This document shows, piece after piece, positions 24,476 through 32,582 of a DNA stretch of 64,000 nt (its first letter is position 1; every line of letters starts with the position of its first letter). Below the pieces are notes generated by a model. It was not told where the DNA came from. It was given only the letters and a program-made list of their open reading frames with translations, and ran no database searches. This stretch comes from Candidatus Acidiferrum sp. Lineage in GTDB: Bacteria > Verrucomicrobiota > Verrucomicrobiia > Limisphaerales > UBA8199. The position numbers were made by a program, and so were the translations under genes. The DNA lies in the NCBI GenBank assembly GCA_035541055.1, contig DATKNZ010000220.1, positions 3,992-67,991 on the forward strand, read 5' to 3'.

Positions 24476-27337
24476 ATGAAGATGCAGCTTGTGTATGACG
24501 GGGTGGACCTGGCAGGGCTTGCGAGCCAGTTCCGGGTGCTGGGGGTGTCCACGGTGCGCGAGCCGGTGGAAGCGCCGCAACGGGAGCGGGTGACAGTGCG
24601 GGTGCGGCTGGACTTCTTCGAGCAATCCTACGCGGACAACCGGACGCTGATCGAGCAAGTGCGGGCGGCGCTGACGACCCAGCAGGTGCAAATGGTCTGG
24701 ACCGACGAAACGGGGCAGACGCGGCTGCAACGGACGGTGACGGTGGGCAACGATGACGAGGACGAAGGGGCGGCCCAGCGCGGGGGCACGTACTGGCAGG
24801 GGCTGTCGCTCTCGTTCTGGTACTACAACCACGATATCGCGGCCAACTGCCTGGGCGGGAGCGTGGCGGGCGAGGACCTGGGGGCGGTGGAGAAGTGGAC
24901 CGAGACGGTGCAGGTGCAGCGGTTCGACGAGTTGAAAGACCCGCGGCGGCGGGTGACGGTGCAGATCAGCGCGAGCGGGCGCTGGCAGGCCGATACGTCG
25001 CAGGCCCTCGACACGCGGCGGCAGGCGCTGCTGGAGCAGGCCCAAGCGTTGCAGGGGGCGCTGGTGGCCGAGGCACACGTGGAGCTGGTGTTCGCGGGGC
25101 TGGAGCGGACGGTGCGCATCACGGACGCGAAGGTGGAGATTGACCAGCCGCATAACGCGATTGCGTGGTCACTAAACTGCTACTACACGGCTTACCCGAA
25201 TGAACTGAGCTACCGGCTGTGCGATTTCCGCGTGGCGCTGCGCGAGGCCAAGGTGGAAGCAGTTCGGTACTGGTCGTTGACGGGGAAGATCGAGGCGGAC
25301 TCGGAGGCCTCCGCCCGGGCCAAGCTGGCGCTGCTCAAAGGGGCACTGCTGCCCCGCGGCTATATGCCCTGGAACGAGAGCACCGACGCGCGGACGGTGT
25401 CCAGCGAAACGGGGGACGAGACAGACGGGCAGGCGTTCGTGGAGTTGAACTTCACGCTCGAGTACCGGGAGCAGGGGGCCATGGCGGCGACGTTCCAGCG
25501 GACGGGCGCCGGGGCGGCGAAGCTGGACTTCGGGACGGTGGACGGGTTTGCCGATCGGTACCAGACGACGCTGTTCGATGACTTGCGGTCGGCGCGGCGG
25601 CGGACGGCGGGCAACGTGAGCATGAAGGGGAAGTGGTTCGCGCCCGAGTCGCCGAGCGACACGGACCGGACGGCGGCGCTGCTGGCGACCAAGGCGAGCT
25701 TTGACGCGCAGCTCCAGAAGGGCGTGGTGGGGACGCTGCAATATGGGGCGGCCTTCGGCCCGACCGTGGTGCGTGTGCTGGACTTCAACTGCGACGTGAA
25801 CCGGGCGCGGTGGTGCGTGGAGTGGAGCCTCTCGGCGGGGTTCACGCGGTTTCCGAACGAGGCGGATTACGCGCTGTGCGAGTTCACGTGCGCGACGAAC
25901 GAGCAGAAGGAAACGGGGGTGGTGACCTTCACGATGAGCGGGCGGATCGGCGCGCCGACGCCCGAGGCGGCGCAGGCGAAGCTGGCGCGGCTGCAGGCGC
26001 AACTGGTGCCGGGCGGTTTCGTGCAGACGCATGCAGAGTCCTCCGACCAGCGGGTGCAGGCGGAGAGCGACACGAACGCGGGGCAGAACCCGGCGGCCGA
26101 TACGGGCGACGGGCTGACCTACATCGAGCTGCGCTTCTCCAGCGCGTGGCGCAAGACGAGCGGGGACGTGGTGACGTGGTCCTTGCGGCAGGTGGACGCG
26201 GACGACGTGCGGACGTGCATGATCAACACGACGTTCAGCGGGATGGTGCAGGCGAAGGGGCCGGACGCGGCGACGGCCTTCGGCACGGCCCTGGCACAGG
26301 CGGCGACGCTGGGAGCGGGGAAGTATCCGTTCTTCCTCCGCAGCAACATCACGCAGAGCCAGGTGCTATTCCTGACGAGCGGGGGCGTGGTGTTTGTGAC
26401 CCTGGAGTTCAGCTACGAGTACCAGCGCAAGGGGACGCGGATCTACCTGGAGGTGACGAGCGAGCTGAACGTGGACACGTTCGGCAACACGACCGAGACG
26501 GTGAGCGGGTTTGTGACCGCGCCCACGCTGGCCGTGGCGGGGCAGGCTTACGCGGGCATCCGGGGCGGGGCGAGCTACGCCACGGCCGTAGTGATGAGCG
26601 AGCGGACGCCGACCGTGTCCCGGCAATCGTTGCAAAGCGCGCCCGGGGTGGAGAGCGCGGGGGTGGACGAGCGGTATGCTTTCTCGTTCCAGGTGCTGCG
26701 GCCCTATGGGCAGCTCTCGATGGAATACACGCTGGGGGTGGAGAGCAACCTGCAAACGCTGGAGAAGCATTCGACGGTGAAGGGCGTGGTGCGGGCGGGC
26801 AACCAGGCGGCGGCGCAAGCTTACCTCAACTCGTTCCTGAGCGGGCTGGCCCTGGGCAAGCTGCTGGACAACAACGCGGAGCCGGAATTCCGGCGCGGGC
26901 CTAAGCCTAACGGCGCGGTGGCGGAGATCTTCACGGGGCTGCGGTTCAGCTACGCCTACGTGGACCTGCTGACGGGGACAGGGCTCGGCATTCTCGAATG
27001 CGAGATCACCGAGGACGTGCTGTACAGCGGGGACCGGCTGGTGGTGAAGGCCATACCGGACGGGCCATCACTGGTGCAGCGGTGCGGCAAGCGCGAGGGG
27101 CGGCGGACGGTATCTGCGCGGGCGGTGGCCACGACGCAGACGGCCGGCACGACCTGGGTGGGCCAGAAGCGGACGGAACTGATGGAAGGGGACTACGAGG
27201 AGCCGGTGCGGGTGACGACGGTTTACAAGTTCCTGCCGCAGACGGTGGGTGTGGCGCAGGGGGCGGGGGCGAACGTGAAACTGTTCGAGGTGACCATGCA
27301 GGCGAGCGAAGTGCTGCCGGATTATGACTATGAGTGA
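24476..27337 (+). CDS. Large tail-tip/distal tail structural protein with internal tandem modules
   Basis: 953 aa, first large ORF after the tape measure. About 8 divergent ~110-aa modules, each containing a G-x-[IVW]-x-A...A-x-A-[KY]-L...L segment. Confidence 0.55.
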   Translation: MKMQLVYDGVDLAGLASQFRVLGVSTVREPVEAPQRERVTVRVRLDFFEQSYADNRTLIEQVRAALTTQQVQMVWTDETGQTRLQRTVTVGNDDEDEGAAQRGGTYWQGLSLSFWYYNHDIAANCLGGSVAGEDLGAVEKWTETVQVQRFDELKDPRRRVTVQISASGRWQADTSQALDTRRQALLEQAQALQGALVAEAHVELVFAGLERTVRITDAKVEIDQPHNAIAWSLNCYYTAYPNELSYRLCDFRVALREAKVEAVRYWSLTGKIEADSEASARAKLALLKGALLPRGYMPWNESTDARTVSSETGDETDGQAFVELNFTLEYREQGAMAATFQRTGAGAAKLDFGTVDGFADRYQTTLFDDLRSARRRTAGNVSMKGKWFAPESPSDTDRTAALLATKASFDAQLQKGVVGTLQYGAAFGPTVVRVLDFNCDVNRARWCVEWSLSAGFTRFPNEADYALCEFTCATNEQKETGVVTFTMSGRIGAPTPEAAQAKLARLQAQLVPGGFVQTHAESSDQRVQAESDTNAGQNPAADTGDGLTYIELRFSSAWRKTSGDVVTWSLRQVDADDVRTCMINTTFSGMVQAKGPDAATAFGTALAQAATLGAGKYPFFLRSNITQSQVLFLTSGGVVFVTLEFSYEYQRKGTRIYLEVTSELNVDTFGNTTETVSGFVTAPTLAVAGQAYAGIRGGASYATAVVMSERTPTVSRQSLQSAPGVESAGVDERYAFSFQVLRPYGQLSMEYTLGVESNLQTLEKHSTVKGVVRAGNQAAAQAYLNSFLSGLALGKLLDNNAEPEFRRGPKPNGAVAEIFTGLRFSYAYVDLLTGTGLGILECEITEDVLYSGDRLVVKAIPDGPSLVQRCGKREGRRTVSARAVATTQTAGTTWVGQKRTELMEGDYEEPVRVTTVYKFLPQTVGVAQGAGANVKLFEVTMQASEVLPDYDYE
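26021..26036. repeat. Degenerate palindrome relative P8 (GTGCAGACGCATGCAG)
   Basis: Inside ORF 24476..27337, read as V-Q-T-H-A. The right half is imperfect. Confidence 0.5.
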
Positions 27338-27347
27338 GGCAAGCACG

Positions 27348-27412
27348 GATAGCCAATAGCCAATTGCCGATAGCCAACAGGAGATGGGGCTCGCGGGGAC
27401 GCTCGCCCTCCC
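27348..27412 (+). repeat. Cassette C14a
   Basis: gatagcc aatagcc aattgcc gatagcc (27348-27375), then GGGCTCGCGGGGACGCTCGCCCTCCC (27387-27412). Confidence 0.95.
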
Positions 27413-27512
27413 GGGGGTGGGGACAATGTGAGGTGAGCATTCAGCAATATTTAGCTTGCCGGTGAATCGGCTGCGGGTAGAGTCCGCATCCTGTTTGTGC
27501 AACCGACAATTT

Positions 27513-27815
27513 ATGATGAAAGCTCTCCCCGAACTGAAGGCCCGTGCAGACGCCTGCAGGCCGGCGGTGAATAGCCAATCGCCGATAGCCCATAGCCGAA
27601 CGAATCCGCGGGATTTTGTTTTTCTGGATGCGCGGAGCCGGCTCTACCGGGTGCGGGAGGTGGAGGGAGCTTCCTGGCTTTACTACTGGCAAGGGGGCGG
27701 GTGGGTGAGCTTGCGGAAGCTGATGCCCGAGACGGCTCGCGGATACGCACTGCTGGCGCTACCCGCAGACGAGGCGGGGCGCTACGCCGGCGGGGTGCCT
27801 TTTCTTCCCGAATGA
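27513..27815 (+). CDS. Hypothetical protein (100 aa from first ATG); start uncertain
   Basis: ATGATG at 27513. The N-terminal 30 codons read through palindrome P9 and an ATAGCC array (ADACRPAVNSQSPIAHS). Confidence 0.35.
   Translation: MMKALPELKARADACRPAVNSQSPIAHSRTNPRDFVFLDARSRLYRVREVEGASWLYYWQGGGWVSLRKLMPETARGYALLALPADEAGRYAGGVPFLPE
27544..27597 (+). repeat. Cassette C14b: palindrome P9 (27544-27559) + ATAGCC-type x4 (27570-27597)
   Basis: GTGCAGACGCCTGCAG, then aatagcc aatcgcc gatagcc catagcc. Confidence 0.9.
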
Positions 27816-27826
27816 GGGCGGCATTG

Positions 27827-27852
27827 CACGGAAGGAAACGAAGCGAACGAAG
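27827..27852 (+). repeat. Purine-rich CACGGAAGGAAACGAAGCGAACGAAG leader array (C15)
   Basis: 9-nt GAAGSRAAC-type units ending 6 nt before the ATG at 27859. SD-like AGGA content. Confidence 0.85.
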
Positions 27853-27858
27853 AAAACT

Positions 27859-29994
27859 ATGAGCAAGATGAAACTGCTGGCGCTGTGCGATGCGCCGACT
27901 TTGACGTCGGGGTTTGCCCGGGTGGCGGCGAACCTGTTGCGGCGATGGTCGGCGGAGGCGGAAATCGATGTGTGGGGAGTGGGGTTTGTGGGGTGGGGTT
28001 ATGAGCGGGCGCCCTATGTGAAGCGGATGCTGCCGGCGGGGCCGGACTGGGCGACGCCGCAGAAGCTGCAATTGTTCCTGGCGCAGCTCAAGACGGGCGG
28101 CTACACGCATTTGTGGATGATGCAGGACACGTTCCTGCTGTCGCAGGAGGGTTTCCCGGCAGGGCTGCGGGGCGTGTGCCAGAGCAAGGGGATTCACTCG
28201 ACGCTGTATTTCCCGGTGGACGCGCGCCTGGACCCGGAGTGGACGGACATTATCGCGGCGGTGGATTGCGCCATCGCCTACACGGCTTACGGGGCGAGCC
28301 AGGCCAGCCGGGCCGGAAAGCAGCGTGGGCACGAGATCCATTGCGAGGTGCTGCCGCACGGGGTGGACACGAATGTTTACCGGCCGCTGGGCGACCGGGC
28401 GGAGTTGCGGAAGAAGCTCTGGACGCAGGAATGGGTGGGGCCGGATGACTTCCTCATCATCAACGTGAACGCGAACCAGCGGCGCAAGGACGTGACGCGG
28501 TCGCTGGAGGTGCTGCGGGCGCTCAGGCAACACGACGTGCCGGCCAAGCTATTGATGCACATGCCGGAAAGCTCGGCCGCGGGGCTGAGCCTGATGACGG
28601 TGGGCGAGCAGCTCGGGCTGGAGCCGGTGAAGGACTGGGGGCATAGCGAGCCTTATTTCCGGCGCGACAACGCGCTGCTGGGGGAGGAGGACCTGGCGCG
28701 GTTTTACAACGTGGCCGACCTCTACCTGACGACGAGCCTGGGGGAGGGGTGGGGACTGGGCATAACGGAGGCGCTGGCGTGCGGCTGCCCGGCGGCGGTG
28801 CCGCTGCATACCGCCTGCGGGGAATTGGTGGAGGAGCTGGGGGCGATGGTGAACGGGGGGATCGGCGGGACGCGGCTGCTGGGCCTGCCCATCGAGAAGC
28901 ACGGGGTGGTGTGCGACATGGATAATTCGCGGGTGCGCTACCGGGTGGAAGTGGAGGAAGCGGCCCGGCTGATCGCGAACTACTACGGCGGGTATGAGTG
29001 GAAGGAGCGCCCCGAGTTTCCGCAGATGGCGGAGCAATGGCTTTCGTGGGACCGGATCGCGGCGAAGATGCTGCGGCTGATGAAACGCCGGGAGGGGGCC
29101 CAGCCGTTGCCGGCGCTCTACCTCGAGTACGGGGGCGGGCTGGGGGACGTGCTGGACCAGTGCTTTTACCGGGGGAGCTACAACTACCTGGCGCGGCTCA
29201 AGCCGGGGCAGCGGGCCAAGGTGGCGATTATCTCGCACAACCCATTTGTGCCGGAGCTATTCCAATGGCACCCGAAGCGCGGCCAGATCGAGGTGGTGAA
29301 TTGCGGCTACTGGCACGGACAGGAGGCCAACATCCAGGGGCGACGCCGGTATAAGCTGCCGCCGGAGGGGGCGCTGAACCGGCTGCCGGACGCGCCCGCG
29401 CCCGACGATGTGCGGTTCTATCCGTCTCCCGAGGATGAAAAAGTGCTGAGCGAAATTTTCCCCGACGCGCAGCCGGAAACGCGGCGGGTGATCGTGCTGG
29501 CGCTGACGGCGGGGCTGCCGGACCGGACGATTCCGCTCGAGCTGGCGGCGCCGCTGGCCGACCAGCTCACGCTGGCGGGCTACCGGCTGGTGTTGACGGG
29601 GCGGACGTACGAGCGCCACGGGCGGCAGGAGGTGCGGTTTACGGCCGCGCCGGTGCCCGGGGTGATTGACGCGGTAGATCGCCTGAGCGTGCCGGGGGTG
29701 TGCGCGCTCGTGCAGGCGTCTGCAGGGCTGGTGACGGCGCACAGCGCGCTGAACCTGCTGGCGTGGCACCTGCGCAAGCCGCAAGTGCTGCTCTACCCGC
29801 GCTCCGCCTGGGAGCGGCATATCCGCAAGCCGGACCAGTGGGCGTTCGGCATCGGGTATCCGGAGACGGTGCATGGGTGTTTCGAGGACCTGACGGAGGG
29901 GCGGGTGCGCGAGTTGGGGCACCGATTCCTTGATCTTTTGGGCGGCACTCACAACGAGGTCGCCGCCCGGGCGGGCGCTACCGGTGGGCAGTAG
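27859..29994 (+). CDS. Two-domain glycosyltransferase (GT-B GT4-like N-terminal half fused to GT9/heptosyltransferase-like C-terminal half)
   Basis: N-half: LTTSLGEGWGLGITEALACGCPAAV (E-x7-E region). C-half: VIVLALTAGLPDRTIP...LAGYRLVLTGRTYE...SVPGVCALVQASAGLVTAHSALNLLAWHLRKPQVLLY, a GT9-like pattern. Confidence 0.7.
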   Translation: MSKMKLLALCDAPTLTSGFARVAANLLRRWSAEAEIDVWGVGFVGWGYERAPYVKRMLPAGPDWATPQKLQLFLAQLKTGGYTHLWMMQDTFLLSQEGFPAGLRGVCQSKGIHSTLYFPVDARLDPEWTDIIAAVDCAIAYTAYGASQASRAGKQRGHEIHCEVLPHGVDTNVYRPLGDRAELRKKLWTQEWVGPDDFLIINVNANQRRKDVTRSLEVLRALRQHDVPAKLLMHMPESSAAGLSLMTVGEQLGLEPVKDWGHSEPYFRRDNALLGEEDLARFYNVADLYLTTSLGEGWGLGITEALACGCPAAVPLHTACGELVEELGAMVNGGIGGTRLLGLPIEKHGVVCDMDNSRVRYRVEVEEAARLIANYYGGYEWKERPEFPQMAEQWLSWDRIAAKMLRLMKRREGAQPLPALYLEYGGGLGDVLDQCFYRGSYNYLARLKPGQRAKVAIISHNPFVPELFQWHPKRGQIEVVNCGYWHGQEANIQGRRRYKLPPEGALNRLPDAPAPDDVRFYPSPEDEKVLSEIFPDAQPETRRVIVLALTAGLPDRTIPLELAAPLADQLTLAGYRLVLTGRTYERHGRQEVRFTAAPVPGVIDAVDRLSVPGVCALVQASAGLVTAHSALNLLAWHLRKPQVLLYPRSAWERHIRKPDQWAFGIGYPETVHGCFEDLTEGRVRELGHRFLDLLGGTHNEVAARAGATGGQ
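29710..29725. repeat. Palindrome copy P10 (GTGCAGGCGTCTGCAG) inside the glycosyltransferase
   Basis: Read as V-Q-A-S-A. Confidence 0.85.
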
Positions 29995-30009
29995 CGCTCC
30001 GCCTTTTTT
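29971..30009 (+). terminator. Rho-independent terminator at the end of the glycosyltransferase gene
   Basis: GCGGGCGCTAC-(9 nt loop)-GTAGCGCTCCGC (11-bp stem, 1-nt bulge; the stop codon TAG lies in the 3' arm), followed by C + TTTTTT (30004-30009). Confidence 0.7.
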
Positions 30010-30011
30010 AT

Positions 30012-30040
30012 CACACCAAGGAAACGAAGGAAACGAAGTG
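30012..30040 (+). repeat. Purine-rich CACACCAAGGAAACGAAGGAAACGAAGTG leader array (C16)
   Basis: GAAGGAAAC-type units 10 nt upstream of the ATG at 30051. Confidence 0.85.
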
Positions 30041-30050
30041 AAAAGGATTC

Positions 30051-30305
30051 ATGACTAATCTCCTGTATGCGTTTGCGCTGATGCTGTGCTGGAACTACCC
30101 GGCGCAGGACAGCAACATCGTTTTCAATGTGCGGTCGGTGAGCACCAACCGGGTGTGCTGCCCCAGTTGCGCGTGGCCGGTTGTGGCGACCACGAGGAAC
30201 CAGTTCTACGGCTTCAACGTAGACCCGCAGGCGACGATGACGCTGTTCAGCGTGACGGCGTCCAATACGTTGACGGGGGAGGAAAGCGGGTTTGCGACGC
30301 GGTGA
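30051..30305 (+). CDS. Hypothetical small protein (84 aa)
   Basis: ATG ORF with a hydrophobic N-terminus (LLYAFALMLCW) and a beta-rich remainder. Confidence 0.45.
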   Translation: MTNLLYAFALMLCWNYPAQDSNIVFNVRSVSTNRVCCPSCAWPVVATTRNQFYGFNVDPQATMTLFSVTASNTLTGEESGFATR

Positions 30306-30347
30306 TTTACGACAAGGAAGGGACAAGGGACCTTGTTCGGCGCCAGT

Positions 30348-30887
30348 TTATGTCTGGCCTCGCATCCATCTGTAAAAATTACCTGTCGCTCGGCCAGCCA
30401 GTTGGCCCAATGCAAGGCCACATATGAACTGAAAGAAGACCGCCCCGCTGCTGGACAAGCCCTGGAACGACCCACGAATCGGGGGGAAAAAGATAAATGC
30501 TCCGAGCGCCACATCCGCGAAAAGTATCTTCGTCGAGCTGCGCCTCGGCTCAAAGCAGTGGCCGGCTGCGTCTGACCCTGAAAAGAGCACCGGAAGCTTC
30601 TCAGTCCAATGCACGTCAGTCCGGGAAAAGAACTCAGGGTCTGTCCTCCTCAAGTCATGCTGCCTCGCCCATCTGTCAAACTCACGATAGGACAGAACAG
30701 CCATCGGCGAAAAAGGAACGTCCCGTGGATTCACGGGCACGCGAGTGGACTTGCCCATCTTGAAAGCGAACGCGCCGAGAACCAGTGCCGTGAGGAGAAA
30801 GACGGGATATGCAAGGCCGATGAGCAACGTGGCCCCAAGTCCGAAAAGGAAGAACACGCAGAACTTTATGAGTGCGAATTTAGGCAT
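30348..30887 (-). CDS. Membrane protein (island C cargo)
   Basis: 179 aa. N-terminal two TM (FALIKFCVFFLFGLGATLLIGLAYPVFLLTALVLGAFAF) and a C-terminal hydrophobic region. Confidence 0.55.
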   Translation of the reverse strand: MPKFALIKFCVFFLFGLGATLLIGLAYPVFLLTALVLGAFAFKMGKSTRVPVNPRDVPFSPMAVLSYREFDRWARQHDLRRTDPEFFSRTDVHWTEKLPVLFSGSDAAGHCFEPRRSSTKILFADVALGAFIFFPPIRGSFQGLSSSGAVFFQFICGLALGQLAGRATGNFYRWMRGQT

Positions 30888-31026
30888 ACGCGCAGTGTCG
30901 CCGAACGTCGCGCCTCACCCACCGCCGCCGGGGAGGCAGGTGGAGCGCAAACAGGATATCGAAACCGGGCAAGGACACTAAGCGTAGAGCGCGGGCGGCG
31001 GTTAGGTGCAGGCGCATTGTTCGGCA

Positions 31027-31401
31027 TCATGTCTCCTCCGGAAGTTGGCTCATGACCTGCCCGTAATGAGCGTGGATGCCATCCGGACCAAGCTCAGCCA
31101 TGTCCCTCGCATACAACGGCAGCAGCTTGAAGAACTCATCAAAGGCGAGGCGCTCGTCTCCTCCAACATGCTCGCGAATCAGTGTAAAGCCGCCCTTCGG
31201 GCCATCAAGGACGCGATAGTGAGCGGCGATCCAGCGGGTGAAATGGGTGAAAGGGAGGGTTTTGTCGCCGCCCTCCACGCCAAACCGGTAGCCCATGATA
31301 AACGCCTCGACCACATCGAGGGAGCGTTGGTCACCTCCGCGGCCGAAATACATGCAGGGGCGCTTCTGCATGTGCTCGAGAATCTGGACCAGTTTATTCA
31401 T
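31027..31401 (-). CDS. Hypothetical protein (124 aa, island C cargo)
   Basis: ATG ORF, KRPCMYFGRGG motif near the N-terminus, function unknown. Confidence 0.5.
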   Translation of the reverse strand: MNKLVQILEHMQKRPCMYFGRGGDQRSLDVVEAFIMGYRFGVEGGDKTLPFTHFTRWIAAHYRVLDGPKGGFTLIREHVGGDERLAFDEFFKLLPLYARDMAELGPDGIHAHYGQVMSQLPEET

Positions 31402-31491
31402 GCGGGGCGAGATGCCGAACGCTGCGCTTGAGCCGCGCGGCGACCGGCGTAGGAATAAGCAGAAAGCGCCAGCCGCGTCGGCTCCAGGCGC

Positions 31492-32175
31492 TTAGGTGGG
31501 CCGTGTGCCATCGCGTCTCTTGATTTCTTCCTTCTTCGTTTCCGGCAACCCGTCGTACAGCTGATCCACCAGCTTGGGCTGAGTAATCATCGCATCGGCG
31601 ATCATATTGATGAGGGTGGCCAACTGCACTGCCGTCTGAGGTTGATCTTGAAGATCAAGCGTGCCGGGGTGGACAGATGCATTCCCGATAACCCGCACTA
31701 TATCTAAACTCTTCTGGACCTTAGGATTCAGACCCTTTCTAACGAGCGAAGCGATGTCCGAGTTGAGATTTTGGCCGCTCTCTCCGAGGTGGATACACAG
31801 CTTCTGTATGCATAAACGGAAAAGCGCCGCGGCACCACGGGGCGAACGCTGAACAATGGACCTAGCCTCTTCAAAATCGGCTATAATTTCGGCGGGCAAG
31901 TCTGGGTTGGGTAAAGGTGCTAACGAGCTGTCAGGGTAGACCATCGTGTTGCAATTCCAAATCGTTAAGTCACCACAATGAGTGCATTGCGAAACCCGCC
32001 ATTCCGGCATATGCAATCGACCGGTGCCTATGCCTAGCGCCTCGTACCAAATGTGGTTTGCATATGCTCGACAGTGAGGGCAGTGAAATGCGCTCTCATT
32101 TAACGATGGTGGCGTGTAGGGCGGCATAGCGTTGCCTGCAGCCGAATAGTCCGGCCGGTGGGCAAGTGTGTTCAT
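31492..32175 (-). CDS. DUF4145-like protein with N-terminal CxxC...CxxC zinc ribbon
   Basis: FHCPHCRAY...QCTHCGD, then FEEARSIVQRSPRGAAALFRLCIQKL...SDIASLVRKGL...LDIVRVIGNASVHPG, the pattern I associate with DUF4145. The ATG at 32175 overlaps the upstream stop (ATGA). Confidence 0.55.
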   Translation of the reverse strand: MNTLAHRPDYSAAGNAMPPYTPPSLNESAFHCPHCRAYANHIWYEALGIGTGRLHMPEWRVSQCTHCGDLTIWNCNTMVYPDSSLAPLPNPDLPAEIIADFEEARSIVQRSPRGAAALFRLCIQKLCIHLGESGQNLNSDIASLVRKGLNPKVQKSLDIVRVIGNASVHPGTLDLQDQPQTAVQLATLINMIADAMITQPKLVDQLYDGLPETKKEEIKRRDGTRPT

Positions 32176-32393
32176 GCGGTCTCGCCACACTTTCTGCACC
32201 TCTTCTCGACGTCGTGGTCTGGCACGTTCACCCAAGTGGAGCACTTTCGACCGACGGCATTCCGAAACTCTCGGTACAGTTCTGTGCGATCGACCTCAAC
32301 ATCTGGCAAAACCCGCGACACTGCGTCCTCGAGGGCGCGCTTCATGTCGGAGTCAAGGTGCTCAACTATGCTTTCAATTTTCACGCGTGTCAT
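32172..32393 (-). CDS. Small protein (73 aa), translationally coupled to the DUF4145-like gene
   Basis: ATG ORF, first gene downstream of module copy 2. C-terminal KRCRKCGE. Confidence 0.5.
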   Translation of the reverse strand: MTRVKIESIVEHLDSDMKRALEDAVSRVLPDVEVDRTELYREFRNAVGRKCSTWVNVPDHDVEKRCRKCGETA

Positions 32394-32493
32394 TTAGGTC
32401 TCCTATGTTTGGGTATGGTGTTGGCCCGCGTTGATTATGCAGCAGACCGGTTGATATCACACGGACCCCCGCAAGACGCGCCAAAACCTTCAT
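32374..32493 (-). CDS. Possible 39-aa leader ORF (MKVLARLAGVRVISTGLLHNQ...)
   Basis: Same position relative to the promoter as the 2461..2538 ORF, with a shared N-terminal peptide. It may instead be a conserved non-coding leader. Confidence 0.25.
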   Translation of the reverse strand: MKVLARLAGVRVISTGLLHNQRGPTPYPNIGDLNDTREN

Positions 32494-32500
32494 GGGAGTG

Positions 32501-32582
32501 AGGGTATCTGTTCTGCTGCGAAAATGTCAACCTGGAAACGTTAACGTGAACGGAGGGGTACAACGGACCATTGGATCGTATA
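32501..32582 (-). promoter_or_regulatory. Promoter/operator module copy 2 (leftward)
   Basis: On the - strand: ACGTTAACGT (32538-32547), TTGACA (32525-32530), 18-nt spacer, TACCCT (32501-32506). Spacings are identical to copy 1. Confidence 0.55.

Noticed and set aside
30306-30347. Inverted repeat CGACAAGG...CCTTGTTCG between the convergent genes 30051..30305 and 30348..30887 as a bidirectional terminator
   Set aside because: The stem is short (about 5-8 bp, depending on register), alternative pairings exist and there is no U-tract. This is too weak to call.
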